Source: Mobula hypostoma (Eukaryota). From it: a stretch of DNA of 64,000 nt. The position numbers and the translations under genes are program-made. Location of the stretch: NCBI RefSeq assembly GCF_963921235.1, contig NC_086103.1:43462001-43526000 (forward strand), in the 5' to 3' direction. Position 1 is the first letter of the stretch; every line of letters starts with the position of its first letter. Shown here in pieces: positions 63,601 to 64,000 of this stretch. The notes under the pieces were generated by a model, which searched no databases, had not been told where the DNA came from, and saw nothing but the letters and a program-made list of their open reading frames with translations.

Positions 63601-64000
63601 TACTCTGCTACTACATCGACTCAGGCCTAGGGGGCTGGCGTCGGGCACAATGACGGACTCTCCACTTCTCCCTCTCCCTCATCAGTGTGTTCAGTTCATC
63701 TACATTAGCCGTGCTGCTGACTTCTAGGAGCGTGTTGACCATAGACCAGGGTTCACCCTCCTGTGCTTGGGCTCTCATATGATGACTAGGCTGGCAGGTA
63801 GCTCGGGGTGGCGTAGACAGTGCCCTGCTAGTTGCAGTCTTCTCGCCTCGATTTTAGTGGAGAGCATCGGTAGGTTGTTAATAGAGCTCAACGTTCATCA
63901 TGTGCTGTTGCCAACTCACTTCAAGAGCCATCCGGAGCATTTGTGTATAGCAACCATCTAGAGACTTCCGCATCATCTTGGTGAGTGTCCACGTCTCGCA
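63601..64000 (-). mobile_element. RTE-clade LINE 3' part
   Basis: Minus frame CETWTLTKMMRKSLDGCYTQMLRMALEVSWQQH...RRLQLAGHCLRHPE...WEPKH; (TAG)n-like tail at ~63601-63615. Confidence 0.8.

Overview
Vertebrate genomic DNA. The repeat landscape (abundant CR1, Penelope-like, Rex/Babar, V-SINE/HE1-like) suggests a cartilaginous fish, probably a ray; this is inference only. Three host genes are present. MFAP3 (minus strand) has a complete CDS in 2 exons, 337 aa. FAM114A2 (plus strand) has a complete CDS in 13 coding exons, 546 aa, and is head-to-head with MFAP3 across a CpG-rich promoter containing a 72-bp tandem array. CNOT8 (plus strand) is represented by its promoter, a non-coding exon 1 and two coding exons, and runs off the window. 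Introns and intergenic DNA carry CR1 LINEs (one nearly full length, interrupted by a Charlie/SPIN-like hAT element), a Penelope-like element, many short Penelope-derived fragments with minimal hammerhead-ribozyme motifs, a Tc1 DD34E fragment, a Gypsy remnant with LTR, and Nimb, RTE and Rex/Babar LINE remnants. The most notable observations are: dispersed hammerhead ribozyme motifs; a promoter VNTR built from NRF1/YY1-like motifs that could also encode an in-frame N-terminal extension of FAM114A2; a 1.8-kb higher-order minisatellite born inside a SINE; and an MFAP3-FAM114A2-CNOT8 gene order that differs from human. I found no convincing wholly new protein-coding system.
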